The translations under genes and the position numbers were made by a program. The notes under the pieces are model-generated. The model saw only the letters and a program-made list of their open reading frames with translations, searched no databases and had not been told where the DNA came from. Of a stretch of DNA of 32,000 nt, positions 8,594 through 17,322 are shown in pieces. This stretch comes from an uncultured archaeon. Its GTDB lineage: Archaea; Iainarchaeota; Iainarchaeia; Iainarchaeales; JAAZKV01. Positions within the stretch are counted from its first letter, which is position 1. Every line of letters begins with the position of its first letter. The stretch spans positions 570,001-602,000 of the forward strand of contig CAZKBG010000001.1 in NCBI GenBank assembly GCA_964551375.1, given 5' to 3'.

Positions 8594-9733
8594 TTATTTT
8601 AAAACCGCTGCGCCCTTTCCAATCAAATAAATCGCGCAAAACAAAGGCAGGGAGACATCAATATTATCAAAAGGGCCAAAAGATTCTCCGCCAAGCGAAA
8701 ATTTAGGCGCCTTAATTACATGCACTTTAACTTCTTCTTTGCCAAAAACAACCGAATCCAAATAAGGGTCGAACTTCTTCAGCCCTTCAATTGAAAGAGT
8801 TTTTGCCAAAAGCCCTGTATCCCCGTGAAGAGTGGAAGGAACTCTCACAATTTTATTTAAATCAGTGCTTGTTTGGCGGTCAATAGGAACAGAAACCGAA
8901 TTTGCAACATGAGTCAAAACAGTTTCCCAAAATTCAGCGTCCCTTTTTGCGTCAAAAGAATAAAGCCGGCCTTTTTGCATTAACTCAAAAATCTTATTGC
9001 TGTTTTCAAAAAAAGAAACAGCTTTCTTTTGAGTTGTCCCCATAACTTTAGCTATAACTTTAACATCCCCGGCGAAAAAATCCCTCACTCCTTCTGAAAG
9101 GCGCTTAACCCAAAGGCCCTTAAAGTGAGGACAATAAAGCGAGTCAAAATTAAAACCCATATTCACAAAATCAAGATTGTGCCCTGTGAGATAATCAACA
9201 AGCTCTATTCTTGCGCGCTTGTTTAAAGTCTGAATCCCGCTCCATCTCAAGTGAACATGATACCCTGCTTTTCCTGAAAAATTAATCGCAAGCGAATCAA
9301 GAGGAAAATTAAAATCCTTATCCAAAAATTCTATTAATCGGAACACCTGCCTTCTTGCTTCGTCCAAATGGGGCTTCTCAAACCACTGAATGCCGTTAAT
9401 CTCTTCAACATTTAACCCAAGCTCATCAGCGTCAAACTCATAAATCAAATCAGACTTTAACCAGCCCTTATTAGACATCGGCGTTTTAGCCGGAAATTTA
9501 TAGCATGAGTTTGAATAAGAAAAAAACATGGGAACGCTTTCTCGCAAAAATGAATTCATTTCAAGCGCTGAAGCAAATGAAATATTGCGGTTCGCAATTT
9601 TTCTCTTAAACACGCCGTAACCAAACTCGCGCAAAGCAATATCCGGCACAGCTTCAACTGTGTGCGAGTTGTAATACGCCCTAAACTGCTTTCTTAAAAA
9701 ATCAGCTTCAGGAGTGTAATGCGCATCAAACAT
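8594..9733 (-). CDS. priS: DNA primase small subunit PriS
   Basis: REFGYGVF, LIYEFDADELG catalytic acidic motif, SGKAGYHVHLRWS and SVPIDRQTSTDLNKIVRVPSTLHGDTGL motifs. Confidence 0.93.
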   Translation of the reverse strand: MFDAHYTPEADFLRKQFRAYYNSHTVEAVPDIALREFGYGVFKRKIANRNISFASALEMNSFLRESVPMFFSYSNSCYKFPAKTPMSNKGWLKSDLIYEFDADELGLNVEEINGIQWFEKPHLDEARRQVFRLIEFLDKDFNFPLDSLAINFSGKAGYHVHLRWSGIQTLNKRARIELVDYLTGHNLDFVNMGFNFDSLYCPHFKGLWVKRLSEGVRDFFAGDVKVIAKVMGTTQKKAVSFFENSNKIFELMQKGRLYSFDAKRDAEFWETVLTHVANSVSVPIDRQTSTDLNKIVRVPSTLHGDTGLLAKTLSIEGLKKFDPYLDSVVFGKEEVKVHVIKAPKFSLGGESFGPFDNIDVSLPLFCAIYLIGKGAAVLK

Positions 9734-10781
9734 TTGGCTTCACCGCCCCTGATTTTATTGCCGCTGAATTCTTCATTCTGTTTTTAACCCTGAATTTTGC
9801 GAGATAATACTGAATCGGATGCCTAAAATTGCCCTCAAGTTTTTCGCAGTCGCTTGTCTTCATCCCATACTCGTCATGAATTTTTTTAAACCCTGGGGCA
9901 TCAAGATCTTTTTCAATAATTCTATCAATGTGATACTCCGCAATTCTTCGGTCATAATCAGGGCTCTTTGAAAAAACTACAAGAAGATCTGCTTTTGACA
10001 TCCCAAGTTTGTGAAGAAAGCCCCCAAGAGTCAAGCGCTCCATGTAAGAAAGCTTCTTTCCTGCAAGCTGATTCGCATATGCATTTGCAAGGCACGGCGG
10101 GAAAAGCTCAGGATCAATTTTGCCAGAAATTTTAACATCAAACTCTCTTTTTTCAATTACTACAAGCTTTGAGTCAAGCTGCTTTGCTGAAATTAACAGC
10201 TGCTTTGGAATAGATTCTTTTGAAATAGGAAGCGAATCAAATATTTTTGAATATGCAAGCTCCGAAACAAAACGCGCAAAAGCATCAGCGCCAAGAGAAA
10301 CTTTTCCGTTTTCAAGAGGACGGTTAATCAAACGAGAAGAATCATCCATAAAATGAATTCCAAGATATTCAAGAAGAGGGACTTCAAAAAAATTAGCGTC
10401 ATTTGAAAGAGAGTAATGAATACCAAAATCATCCGCAAGAGCTATTGCCTCATCCCTTCTTGTATCAATTGAATTTTGAAGAATGCTAAAAGTTCTTGTG
10501 CGAAAATAATTAGCAAACTTATGAATAATATTCGGCGTAGTCATTGCGGAAACAATCATCTTAGCAACTGGAAAAGCCACTATATTGTTTTCCTGGTCTT
10601 CAAGATAGGGGCTCTTAAGATAAGCCAAATCCTTGTCTGAAAAAAAAGCTTTCTCAATAAAAAGCTCCGCGCGCTTAACAGCAGTCGGGGAGATGGCATC
10701 AGTCTGAATCTCGAGCTTCTTTAAGTGATTTTTTGCGTTCTGGGAAAAAGGAAAATTCTGGGCGAAAAAAATGCCATCCAT
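9726..10781 (-). CDS. priL: DNA primase large subunit PriL
   Basis: Overlaps priS by 8 nt; LFPPCLANAYANQLAGKKLSYMERLTLGGFLHKLGMSKADLLVVFSKSPDYDRRIAEYHIDRI ... RHPIQYY matches the C-terminal PriL domain. Confidence 0.88.
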   Translation of the reverse strand: MDGIFFAQNFPFSQNAKNHLKKLEIQTDAISPTAVKRAELFIEKAFFSDKDLAYLKSPYLEDQENNIVAFPVAKMIVSAMTTPNIIHKFANYFRTRTFSILQNSIDTRRDEAIALADDFGIHYSLSNDANFFEVPLLEYLGIHFMDDSSRLINRPLENGKVSLGADAFARFVSELAYSKIFDSLPISKESIPKQLLISAKQLDSKLVVIEKREFDVKISGKIDPELFPPCLANAYANQLAGKKLSYMERLTLGGFLHKLGMSKADLLVVFSKSPDYDRRIAEYHIDRIIEKDLDAPGFKKIHDEYGMKTSDCEKLEGNFRHPIQYYLAKFRVKNRMKNSAAIKSGAVKPNV

Positions 10782-10869
10782 AACTCAATAAACCACTCGA
10801 AAGCATTAAATAAATAAGCAAAGCGCTTCGCCGGAGGGAAGAATTTGAAACTGACAAAATACAAGTTTT

Positions 10870-11586
10870 TTAAAGAATCATGTGGGCTAAATAGAAAACC
10901 ATTTTTCCCGGGCCAATAGAGTAAGAAACTTTCATAGCAGCGTCATTTTTGAGCTCTATTGTTATATGCTTCTCATTTTCCGCCTGACGAACAATATTTT
11001 GCAAAAAATTAAGCGAAAACTTGGCGGTGATTTCTTTCTTTGTGGAAATTGTTGAAACCCTTGAAGCTTCGGACTCCATTACTCCAGATGCTCCTTTAGC
11101 TTCTATGAAAAACTTTCCGTCAGAAACCTTAAGCACCACACTGCTCCCAAAAAGAGACGCATCCTTTAAAATTTCCTTAAACGAAAGCGCCAAGATATCC
11201 ACTTTTGCCTCGTACTCAATTGAAGGAACTTTAATATCATCCTCGGAAACATCAATTAGCGGAAGCCTAAAAGAGCGCTTTAACTCGGATTCAAATTTTA
11301 ATTTTAACTCAGCGTCGGAAACATCAATATACAACTTGTCCGCAGGCATTGCGCGCTGAAGAAGCTTATTTAATTCAACAACATCAATACCAACAAAATT
11401 AGGCTCAATCAAATACTTGTCAAAGTTCTTCTTGTCAACAAAATAATCCACTAAAACCACCTGGCTTGGGTCAATTGCCTTAAACGAAATTCCTTTGTCA
11501 GAGAAGCGAAAATTGCCTTCAGGAATAAATGAAGAAATGGATTCAACCGCGGATTTTAGAAAAGAGCTGTTTCTTAGTTCAAGCAT
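10870..11586 (-). CDS. pcn: DNA polymerase sliding clamp (PCNA), paralog 1
   Basis: SAVESISSFIPEGNFRFSDKGISFKAIDPSQVVLVDYFV ... FLQNIVRQAENEKHITIELKNDAAMKVSYSIGPGKMVFYLAHMIL. Confidence 0.93.
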   Translation of the reverse strand: MLELRNSSFLKSAVESISSFIPEGNFRFSDKGISFKAIDPSQVVLVDYFVDKKNFDKYLIEPNFVGIDVVELNKLLQRAMPADKLYIDVSDAELKLKFESELKRSFRLPLIDVSEDDIKVPSIEYEAKVDILALSFKEILKDASLFGSSVVLKVSDGKFFIEAKGASGVMESEASRVSTISTKKEITAKFSLNFLQNIVRQAENEKHITIELKNDAAMKVSYSIGPGKMVFYLAHMIL

Positions 11587-11676
11587 TTAATCACTAATAA
11601 ATAGTGCACAGCAGAGTATTTAATAATTAAGGGAGTGCTTGGAAAAACGCCATAAGCAACTCAATTGAAAGTTAAT

Positions 11677-12420
11677 TTACTGGGATTCAATTCTTGGCGC
11701 AAGGAAATAATTAATCTTTGCCTCGCCAATCGGATACGAAACCCTAACAGGAGCATTTGACTTCAAATAAAGACTAACTTTTGCGTCGCTTGAAGCGGCT
11801 TTAAGCATATCCTGCAAATAATCCAGCGGGAACATGCTCTTGCATTCTCTTTTAACCCTGATTTCAGGAAGAGTAACTTTGTTCTGCTTTACATCCTCAT
11901 TTAAATTTCCCTTTGAAGAATTTGCTTTCACAAAAAACTTATCTTCCGAGCAGCCCATCACAACATGAGAGCTGATTAATGCAGCGTCCTTAAATGCGCT
12001 CTGCAAAAATCCCGCTGAAACAATTAACTCAGCATCAAATTCAATTCGGGGATTAGGAACTTCCGAAGTTGAGATATCAATTAAAGGAACTTGAAATGCT
12101 CTCTCCGCATTTCCCTTAAAAGTAACTGTGAGAAAAGCTTTCTTCTCATCAACTGAGAGAACAAGCTCATCAGCGGCACTCGCTCTTGAAAGAACCTGAT
12201 TTAAATAATCTAAATCAAGGCCAAGTCTTGTATCAGCAGAATCAAACTTTGAGAAAGCAGACTTTGGCATTGCAAAATCAACCATTGAAATCTGGCTCGG
12301 ATCAGTCGCTTTAAGATCAAGACCGTTTGAAGAAACAACTAACTCCGCTTCATCAATTAAAACAGCAATCGCTTCCATGCTCTTCTTAAAAACATCCGCG
12401 TTCTTCAAAACAAGCTCCAT
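11677..12420 (-). CDS. pcn: DNA polymerase sliding clamp (PCNA), paralog 2
   Basis: MELVLKNADVFKKSMEAIAVLIDEAELVVSSNGLDLKATDPSQISMVDFAMP ... DYLQDMLKAASSDAKVSLYLKSNAPVRVSYPIGEAKINYFLAPRIE. Start placed at the ATG at 12420. Confidence 0.92.
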   Translation of the reverse strand: MELVLKNADVFKKSMEAIAVLIDEAELVVSSNGLDLKATDPSQISMVDFAMPKSAFSKFDSADTRLGLDLDYLNQVLSRASAADELVLSVDEKKAFLTVTFKGNAERAFQVPLIDISTSEVPNPRIEFDAELIVSAGFLQSAFKDAALISSHVVMGCSEDKFFVKANSSKGNLNEDVKQNKVTLPEIRVKRECKSMFPLDYLQDMLKAASSDAKVSLYLKSNAPVRVSYPIGEAKINYFLAPRIESQ

Positions 12421-12499
12421 TAAACCACACTCTCTTACTAACACAGACCTCATTAGGTTTAAAAAAAGCACTCTCAAACCGTCAAAAAACTAAAAAAAA

Positions 12500-13006
12500 T
12501 CACTGATTTTGCTTAACTTTCTTATAATCAAGGATTTTGCCTGAAGAATCAAGGGTTAAAAGAAGCTTAACTCCGCTAATTTCCACAAGCGCTAAAAAAT
12601 TCTGATTCTGGGCGTTGAAATCAATAACATTAACCTTAGTATTAAGCTGGGACTCAATTTTAGGCTTGAATTTTTTAACAAGCATTGATTTAAGCGAATT
12701 TTCAGCCTTTGAAATCTCAAGCTTCTTTTCAGCAGGAGATTCCTTATGCGCTTTTTGATTTTGAGCTTTCTCAAAAGCCGGCTTCTTTTCAGCAGATTTA
12801 TGAGCAAATTTACCAGCCTTCATTTTTTCAACAGCTGATAAAACTTTACTCGCATGCGCTTCCTCTGCAGATCTTCTTCTTGCAAGAAAGATTATAATTA
12901 ATCCAATAACAATAAGCACAACTGACGCTTCAATCACCAAAATTGAATATTCTATAAGCATCTGGTTTGTAATAAAAGACAAATCAGGAATAATACCTTC
13001 AAGCAT
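12500..13006 (-). CDS. Uncharacterised single-pass membrane protein
   Basis: Hydrophobic segment YSILVIEASVVLIVIGLIIIFLARRR followed by a charged linker and a small C-terminal domain. Confidence 0.5.
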   Translation of the reverse strand: MLEGIIPDLSFITNQMLIEYSILVIEASVVLIVIGLIIIFLARRRSAEEAHASKVLSAVEKMKAGKFAHKSAEKKPAFEKAQNQKAHKESPAEKKLEISKAENSLKSMLVKKFKPKIESQLNTKVNVIDFNAQNQNFLALVEISGVKLLLTLDSSGKILDYKKVKQNQ

Positions 13007-13087
13007 ACAACAAGTAGGGCAAGGTAGAATAAAAACGTTATGGGGGAAAACAAGAAAAGCTAATTTAACAAAAAGAAGAATGCTTTT

Positions 13088-13906
13088 TTAGCAAATTCCC
13101 TTAAAATCCCTTGGAAGCTTTCCTGTCGCAAGGATTGAGGTAAAATCATCAAGCAGCCATAATTTCACACAGCCTACTTTTGGGATTATAAAAAATGTTT
13201 TTCCCACAACTTCATTTAGCGGAACAGCATAAAGAGTAACGCAAGCCCTCTGCGGAACTCCGTTTGAAATAACCCCGCAGTCCTGATCAAAAGTATAATT
13301 AGTAGAAGAGTTATCGCCTTTTGTGAGAAGATAATCCCCGTCAGGAGCGTGAATCTTTGCAATTGCGCGGTGAATTATGGGCAAATTCATTGGAACTGAA
13401 TTATACACTACTACATTTCCGCTTGTGTTAGGAGTTATTGAAACATTAATATCGCTGAAGTATAATGAAGACAGCTGCCCTGATGTGTAGGACGGCTGGA
13501 CATAATCATAAACACCAACGCCTTTAATCGGACGGGGAAGAGTTACTTCAGAGCCGAAATTATCGCTTGGATTTGCCTTTGAAAGCGCCATCACATCGCC
13601 TCTGAAAAAAGTCGGCTCCATTGAAGCCGAATAAACTATCACAAGAGGGCTTGAAGAGCCAAAAATTATTCCAAGCGCAGTGTAAATAATCCACGCAAAA
13701 ATAAAAGCAAAAACAGCATTAACCAAAAATTCCACAGTTTCGCTCTTTGTGACTTTTTTTACATGAGGAATTACAAACAAATCAACATAAGTAAAAGGAT
13801 CAATCCATTTTAGAAAAGCAAGCTTGTTTTTTAACCAGCCATATGTTTCGCTGATTTTTGAAGGCTTTTTTTCCTTCTTCTTATTAGGATTAACAAACTT
13901 TGCCAT
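13088..13906 (-). CDS. Signal peptidase I, archaeal/ER (Sec11-like) type
   Basis: IVYSASMEPTFFRGDVMALSK (catalytic Ser), PIIHRAIAKI (His in place of bacterial Lys), GDYLLTKGDNSSTN. Start may be ATG 13906 rather than the ORF-track 13951. Confidence 0.82.
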   Translation of the reverse strand: MAKFVNPNKKKEKKPSKISETYGWLKNKLAFLKWIDPFTYVDLFVIPHVKKVTKSETVEFLVNAVFAFIFAWIIYTALGIIFGSSSPLVIVYSASMEPTFFRGDVMALSKANPSDNFGSEVTLPRPIKGVGVYDYVQPSYTSGQLSSLYFSDINVSITPNTSGNVVVYNSVPMNLPIIHRAIAKIHAPDGDYLLTKGDNSSTNYTFDQDCGVISNGVPQRACVTLYAVPLNEVVGKTFFIIPKVGCVKLWLLDDFTSILATGKLPRDFKGIC

Positions 13907-13967
13907 TAATGAAAATGCTGAAGAACAATTTAAAAAACGACTTTTGGACAAATGCAGGGAGATTTAA

Positions 13968-14942
13968 TCAAAGCCCAAGAGCAAAAGAATGCCTCTTTTG
14001 CCCATAGAAGAAAACTGCAAGTATTATTACAACAAGATAAAAGAAACCCATTAAAAAATAAAGCTCAGTCATTCCCAAAATACCAAGCGCTTCAGTAGCC
14101 GCGCCGTAAGCAACCGAGAAAATCGCAAGCCCTGAAAGGAAAACAACATCCTTAATTATAATCCCTGAATGATGGCTTAAATAATCGCCCCTCGCAACCA
14201 TTGCTGAAAGGATTGCGCCTGCAAGCGCTCCAAAAACATACCCTAATAATTCAGGAGGACCGTGCCCGAGTAAAAGACCCTGAAATAATCCCAAGCCTTT
14301 TGCGAGATTTCCAATCGCAAGCATTTCCCCGAAGAATACACCTAAGATTGACGCATTCCATGCAATCATAAAAATTGCGCCCACACCATACAACAGGGAA
14401 AGAATTACTGTGAGAACCAGAACTTCAAAGTTATTTGCAAAAATAAACCAAGTGCATGAAGGGATATTACTGTTTGTTGAAAGACATGCCTCAAGCCCGA
14501 GCGAAGCAGCCATTCCTGAAACAGAAAGAGGGAGCCCGTCAACGCATGAACCCGAGCCTGAAATTGCACAAAAGGATTTTAGCTGCTCCGCAAAAAGCAT
14601 TGGCCTATCCGCAGGAGACGCAACCGCGTAATAAATTGAAAAAGCAACAATAATTCCGATAAATACCCAGACATAAAGCATAATTATGTTAAAATGGCGG
14701 GCAAAAAAAGTCGAGAAGTGCTTATGATTCACTTCTTCATCGGCTTCCTCATCAGAGAGAATGTTAAAAATTAGAGGAACAAGACCTATTGTAATAAATG
14801 CAACTGAAAGAATTGACGAATGCGTTGGAAACATCTTATCCGCAAAGAAAATGCTCCCCGCGCAGATTAAAAGAGTTATAAAAAAGATAAAAACCGGGTG
14901 CTTTCTAATATTCTTCTCCCCAATTATTGATTCCAAAACCAT
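13968..14942 (-). CDS. SpoIIM family (DUF95) membrane protein
   Basis: Multi-TM; IFANNFEVLVLTVILSLLYGVGAIFMIAWNASILGVFFGEM ... LLGHGPPELLGYVFGALAGAILS. Confidence 0.8.
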   Translation of the reverse strand: MVLESIIGEKNIRKHPVFIFFITLLICAGSIFFADKMFPTHSSILSVAFITIGLVPLIFNILSDEEADEEVNHKHFSTFFARHFNIIMLYVWVFIGIIVAFSIYYAVASPADRPMLFAEQLKSFCAISGSGSCVDGLPLSVSGMAASLGLEACLSTNSNIPSCTWFIFANNFEVLVLTVILSLLYGVGAIFMIAWNASILGVFFGEMLAIGNLAKGLGLFQGLLLGHGPPELLGYVFGALAGAILSAMVARGDYLSHHSGIIIKDVVFLSGLAIFSVAYGAATEALGILGMTELYFLMGFFYLVVIILAVFFYGQKRHSFALGL

Positions 14943-15008
14943 TCAACCAACCGCTTTAAAAGTCTTATTTACGAACAATTCATTACACAAATACTCTAGT
15001 TTTTTGTG

Positions 15009-15016
15009 TATAAAAA
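15009..15016 (+). promoter_or_regulatory. TATA box for csl4-like gene
   Basis: TATAAAAA centred about 26 nt upstream of the ATG at 15038. Confidence 0.6.
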
Positions 15017-15037
15017 CGTTATCTATTGGTGACTAAA

Positions 15038-15790
15038 ATGACTGAAAAAAATAAGATAGTGCTGCCCGGAGAATTCATTGCTACTGAAGAAGAATATGTG
15101 AGCGGAGAAAACACTTACGCGCAGAATGGAAAGATTTTAGCAAGCGCAATGGGCGTTGTAGAACTTGATGATGCTAATAAAGAAGCAAGAATAATCGGAA
15201 AAAAAATTGATGAAATCAGAGAAGGCGACGTAGTAATTGGAAAAGTAATGCTTGTAAAAGAATCAACAGCGGTAATAACCCTGCTAAAAGCTGAAAACGG
15301 CAAAAAAATAACAGGACAAACTGTTGCGCAGCTCGCGGTTCGAAACGTTGCAAACGAATATGTTCACGAACTTAAAAAAACCGTAAAAATAGGGGATGTT
15401 ATCAGGGCGCAGGTTGTCGGATGCAGCCCGCTTGGAGTGGATTTGAGCACAAAAGGCAAGGGACTTGGAATAATTAAAGCATACTGCGCAAACTGCAGAA
15501 ACGAAATGAGCTTTTCAGCAGGAAAATTAATGTGCATATCATGCGGAAATATTGAAGACCGAAAATGGTTTGAAAAAGAAGACACTTACCAGCCAAGACC
15601 CCACAGAGAAGGGGACTTTGGAGGGGGATTTAGAAGCCACGACAGAGGAAGCTTTGGCGGCGGAGGCTTTAGAGGAAGAAGCGGACCAAGAAGAGACGGC
15701 GGGTTTGGAAGAAGAGACGGTCCTAACCGAGGGTTTGGGCCAAGAAGAGACGGCGGAAACAGAGGATTTGGCGGCAGAGACAGGCGCTAA
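15038..15790 (+). CDS. Exosome RNA-binding protein Csl4 with C-terminal RGG-rich extension
   Basis: IVLPGEFIATEEEYVSGENTYAQNGKILASAMG, S1-like domain, zinc ribbon YCANCRNEM...KLMCISCG; followed by an FGGG/RR-D-GG tail. Start set at ATG 15038. Confidence 0.87.
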   Translation: MTEKNKIVLPGEFIATEEEYVSGENTYAQNGKILASAMGVVELDDANKEARIIGKKIDEIREGDVVIGKVMLVKESTAVITLLKAENGKKITGQTVAQLAVRNVANEYVHELKKTVKIGDVIRAQVVGCSPLGVDLSTKGKGLGIIKAYCANCRNEMSFSAGKLMCISCGNIEDRKWFEKEDTYQPRPHREGDFGGGFRSHDRGSFGGGGFRGRSGPRRDGGFGRRDGPNRGFGPRRDGGNRGFGGRDRR

Positions 15791-15870
15791 AACCAGATTT
15801 AATCAGTTTTAAACCCTAAATGGAACGTTTATAATAATTAGCTTAGGGAAAATAATTAAAGGTGGGCAAA

Positions 15871-16143
15871 ATGAAAGTAACTGTTATAACAAATGAAAAA
15901 AATCACTTGGAATTTTACATGGACGGAGAAAGACACACTCTGCCAAACCTGTTAAAAGAAAAAATCTCAACAGATTCAGCAGTTGAATTCTGCGCATACA
16001 AACTTGACCACCCGCTTGACCTAAGATCAAGACTTGTAATCAAAACAAGCGGAAAAAGCCCAAAGAAAGTTTTGGAAGAATCAATCAAGGCGCTCAAAGA
16101 AGACCTGGCTGAACTAAAAAAAGAGGTTGAAAAGTTAAAGTAA
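15871..16143 (+). CDS. rpoL: DNA-directed RNA polymerase subunit L
   Basis: HTLPNLLKEKISTDSAVEFCAYKLDHPLDLRSRLVIKTSGKSPKKVLEESIKAL; GGTGGG 4 nt upstream of ATG 15871. Confidence 0.92.
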   Translation: MKVTVITNEKNHLEFYMDGERHTLPNLLKEKISTDSAVEFCAYKLDHPLDLRSRLVIKTSGKSPKKVLEESIKALKEDLAELKKEVEKLK

Positions 16144-16208
16144 ACTTTTCAACAAAAATTCTTTTTCTAAAAAAATAAAATAACTAAAACAAAAATCAGA
16201 AACTTGAC

Positions 16209-17207
16209 TTACTTCTTTTTCTTCTTTAATTTTCTTTTAGGCTTCTCAGCGCCTTTTGCCTTCTTAACAGCCTTATTTACATAATCCCGCAAAATTTCCT
16301 TATAGTATTGTGATTTTGTGTTTTTTGCGCTTCCGCTTCGCATGCCGTTTGTAACATTAGTAAATGATTCAGCAAGCCTTGAAAATTCGCTTGGGAAAAA
16401 CACTTTGCTTCCTTTGCTATTGCCCATATTTTCAATCGCTTTGATGTAATAATATGAAAGTGCCTTGTCGTCAAGATTTGCAGCAGCTTCCTTAACAGCA
16501 TCAATCTCCGCTTTCTGCGCAAGTGCTCGCTCCATTCTGGCAAGCTTCTGCTGAACTGCGGCTTTCTGCTCATGCATCGCATCAATAACAATTTGAGGAA
16601 TTTCAACGCTCTGAATTTCAATTGATTCAACAGTAACTCCCCAATTCTTTGAAATCTGCTCAAGATTTTCCTTAATCTTCGCATTAATAACTTCAATATT
16701 TGAAACAACTTCAGTCAAATCCATTGAGCCAAGAACATCACGAAGAGAAGCTGTAATGAACTGCTGGGCAGCCATCACATAATCCTCAACTTCAATAATA
16801 GAATTCACAACACTCTGATTATCCTTCTTCACTTTAAGATAAACAATAGCATCAACTGTGAGCTCCACGCCGTCCTTTGTAATAACTTTCTGTTTTGGAA
16901 CATCAATTGTTTTAACACGCAAATCAACAGGGTCATATCTTTCAATAATAGGCCAAATCCAAGTCCACCCCGGACCGCCAACCCTGTGAACCTTACCAAA
17001 ACGATAAATCACAGCACGCTGGTAATCAAGAAGCTGAAGGATAAAATCATATTTATAGACAATTATTGCAAAAGCGGCTAAAATTATAATCCAGACAATA
17101 TTAGTTATTACAAAATCCTGAACTATGAACAAAAAATACACTGCTGCGATTATTGCGAGAATTATAACCCCAAAAACCACAAACCTAAAGTTTTGCGCAG
17201 CCATCAA
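16209..17207 (-). CDS. SPFH/band 7 (stomatin-like) membrane protein
   Basis: YQRAVIYRFGKVHRVGGPGWTWIWPIIERYDPVDLRVKTIDVPKQKVITKDGVELTVDAIVYLKV ... SLRDVLGSMDLTEV. Confidence 0.9.
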   Translation of the reverse strand: MMAAQNFRFVVFGVIILAIIAAVYFLFIVQDFVITNIVWIIILAAFAIIVYKYDFILQLLDYQRAVIYRFGKVHRVGGPGWTWIWPIIERYDPVDLRVKTIDVPKQKVITKDGVELTVDAIVYLKVKKDNQSVVNSIIEVEDYVMAAQQFITASLRDVLGSMDLTEVVSNIEVINAKIKENLEQISKNWGVTVESIEIQSVEIPQIVIDAMHEQKAAVQQKLARMERALAQKAEIDAVKEAAANLDDKALSYYYIKAIENMGNSKGSKVFFPSEFSRLAESFTNVTNGMRSGSAKNTKSQYYKEILRDYVNKAVKKAKGAEKPKRKLKKKKK

Positions 17208-17263
17208 AAAACCCTTAATTTATTGAATAAACCCCTTGGTTGTAAATACTTTAACTCACTTTT

Positions 17264-17289
17264 ATATATAAGGTTTCGCCCTTATATAT
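17264..17289. promoter_or_regulatory. Divergent promoter dyad with TATA elements in both arms
   Basis: atatataagg (17264-17273) / ccttatatat (17280-17289), perfect 10-bp inverted repeat, 6-nt spacer, between divergent SPFH and DUF373 genes. Confidence 0.55.
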
Positions 17290-17322
17290 TATTATAGATA
17301 CACTTACGAAGGCACGATTTTG

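Noticed and set aside
15552-15812. Plus-strand ORF (86 aa, Glu-rich) overlapping the end of csl4
   Set aside because: It is the +2 frame of the repetitive RGG-encoding tail; acidic low complexity follows directly from the gaa/gag repeats.
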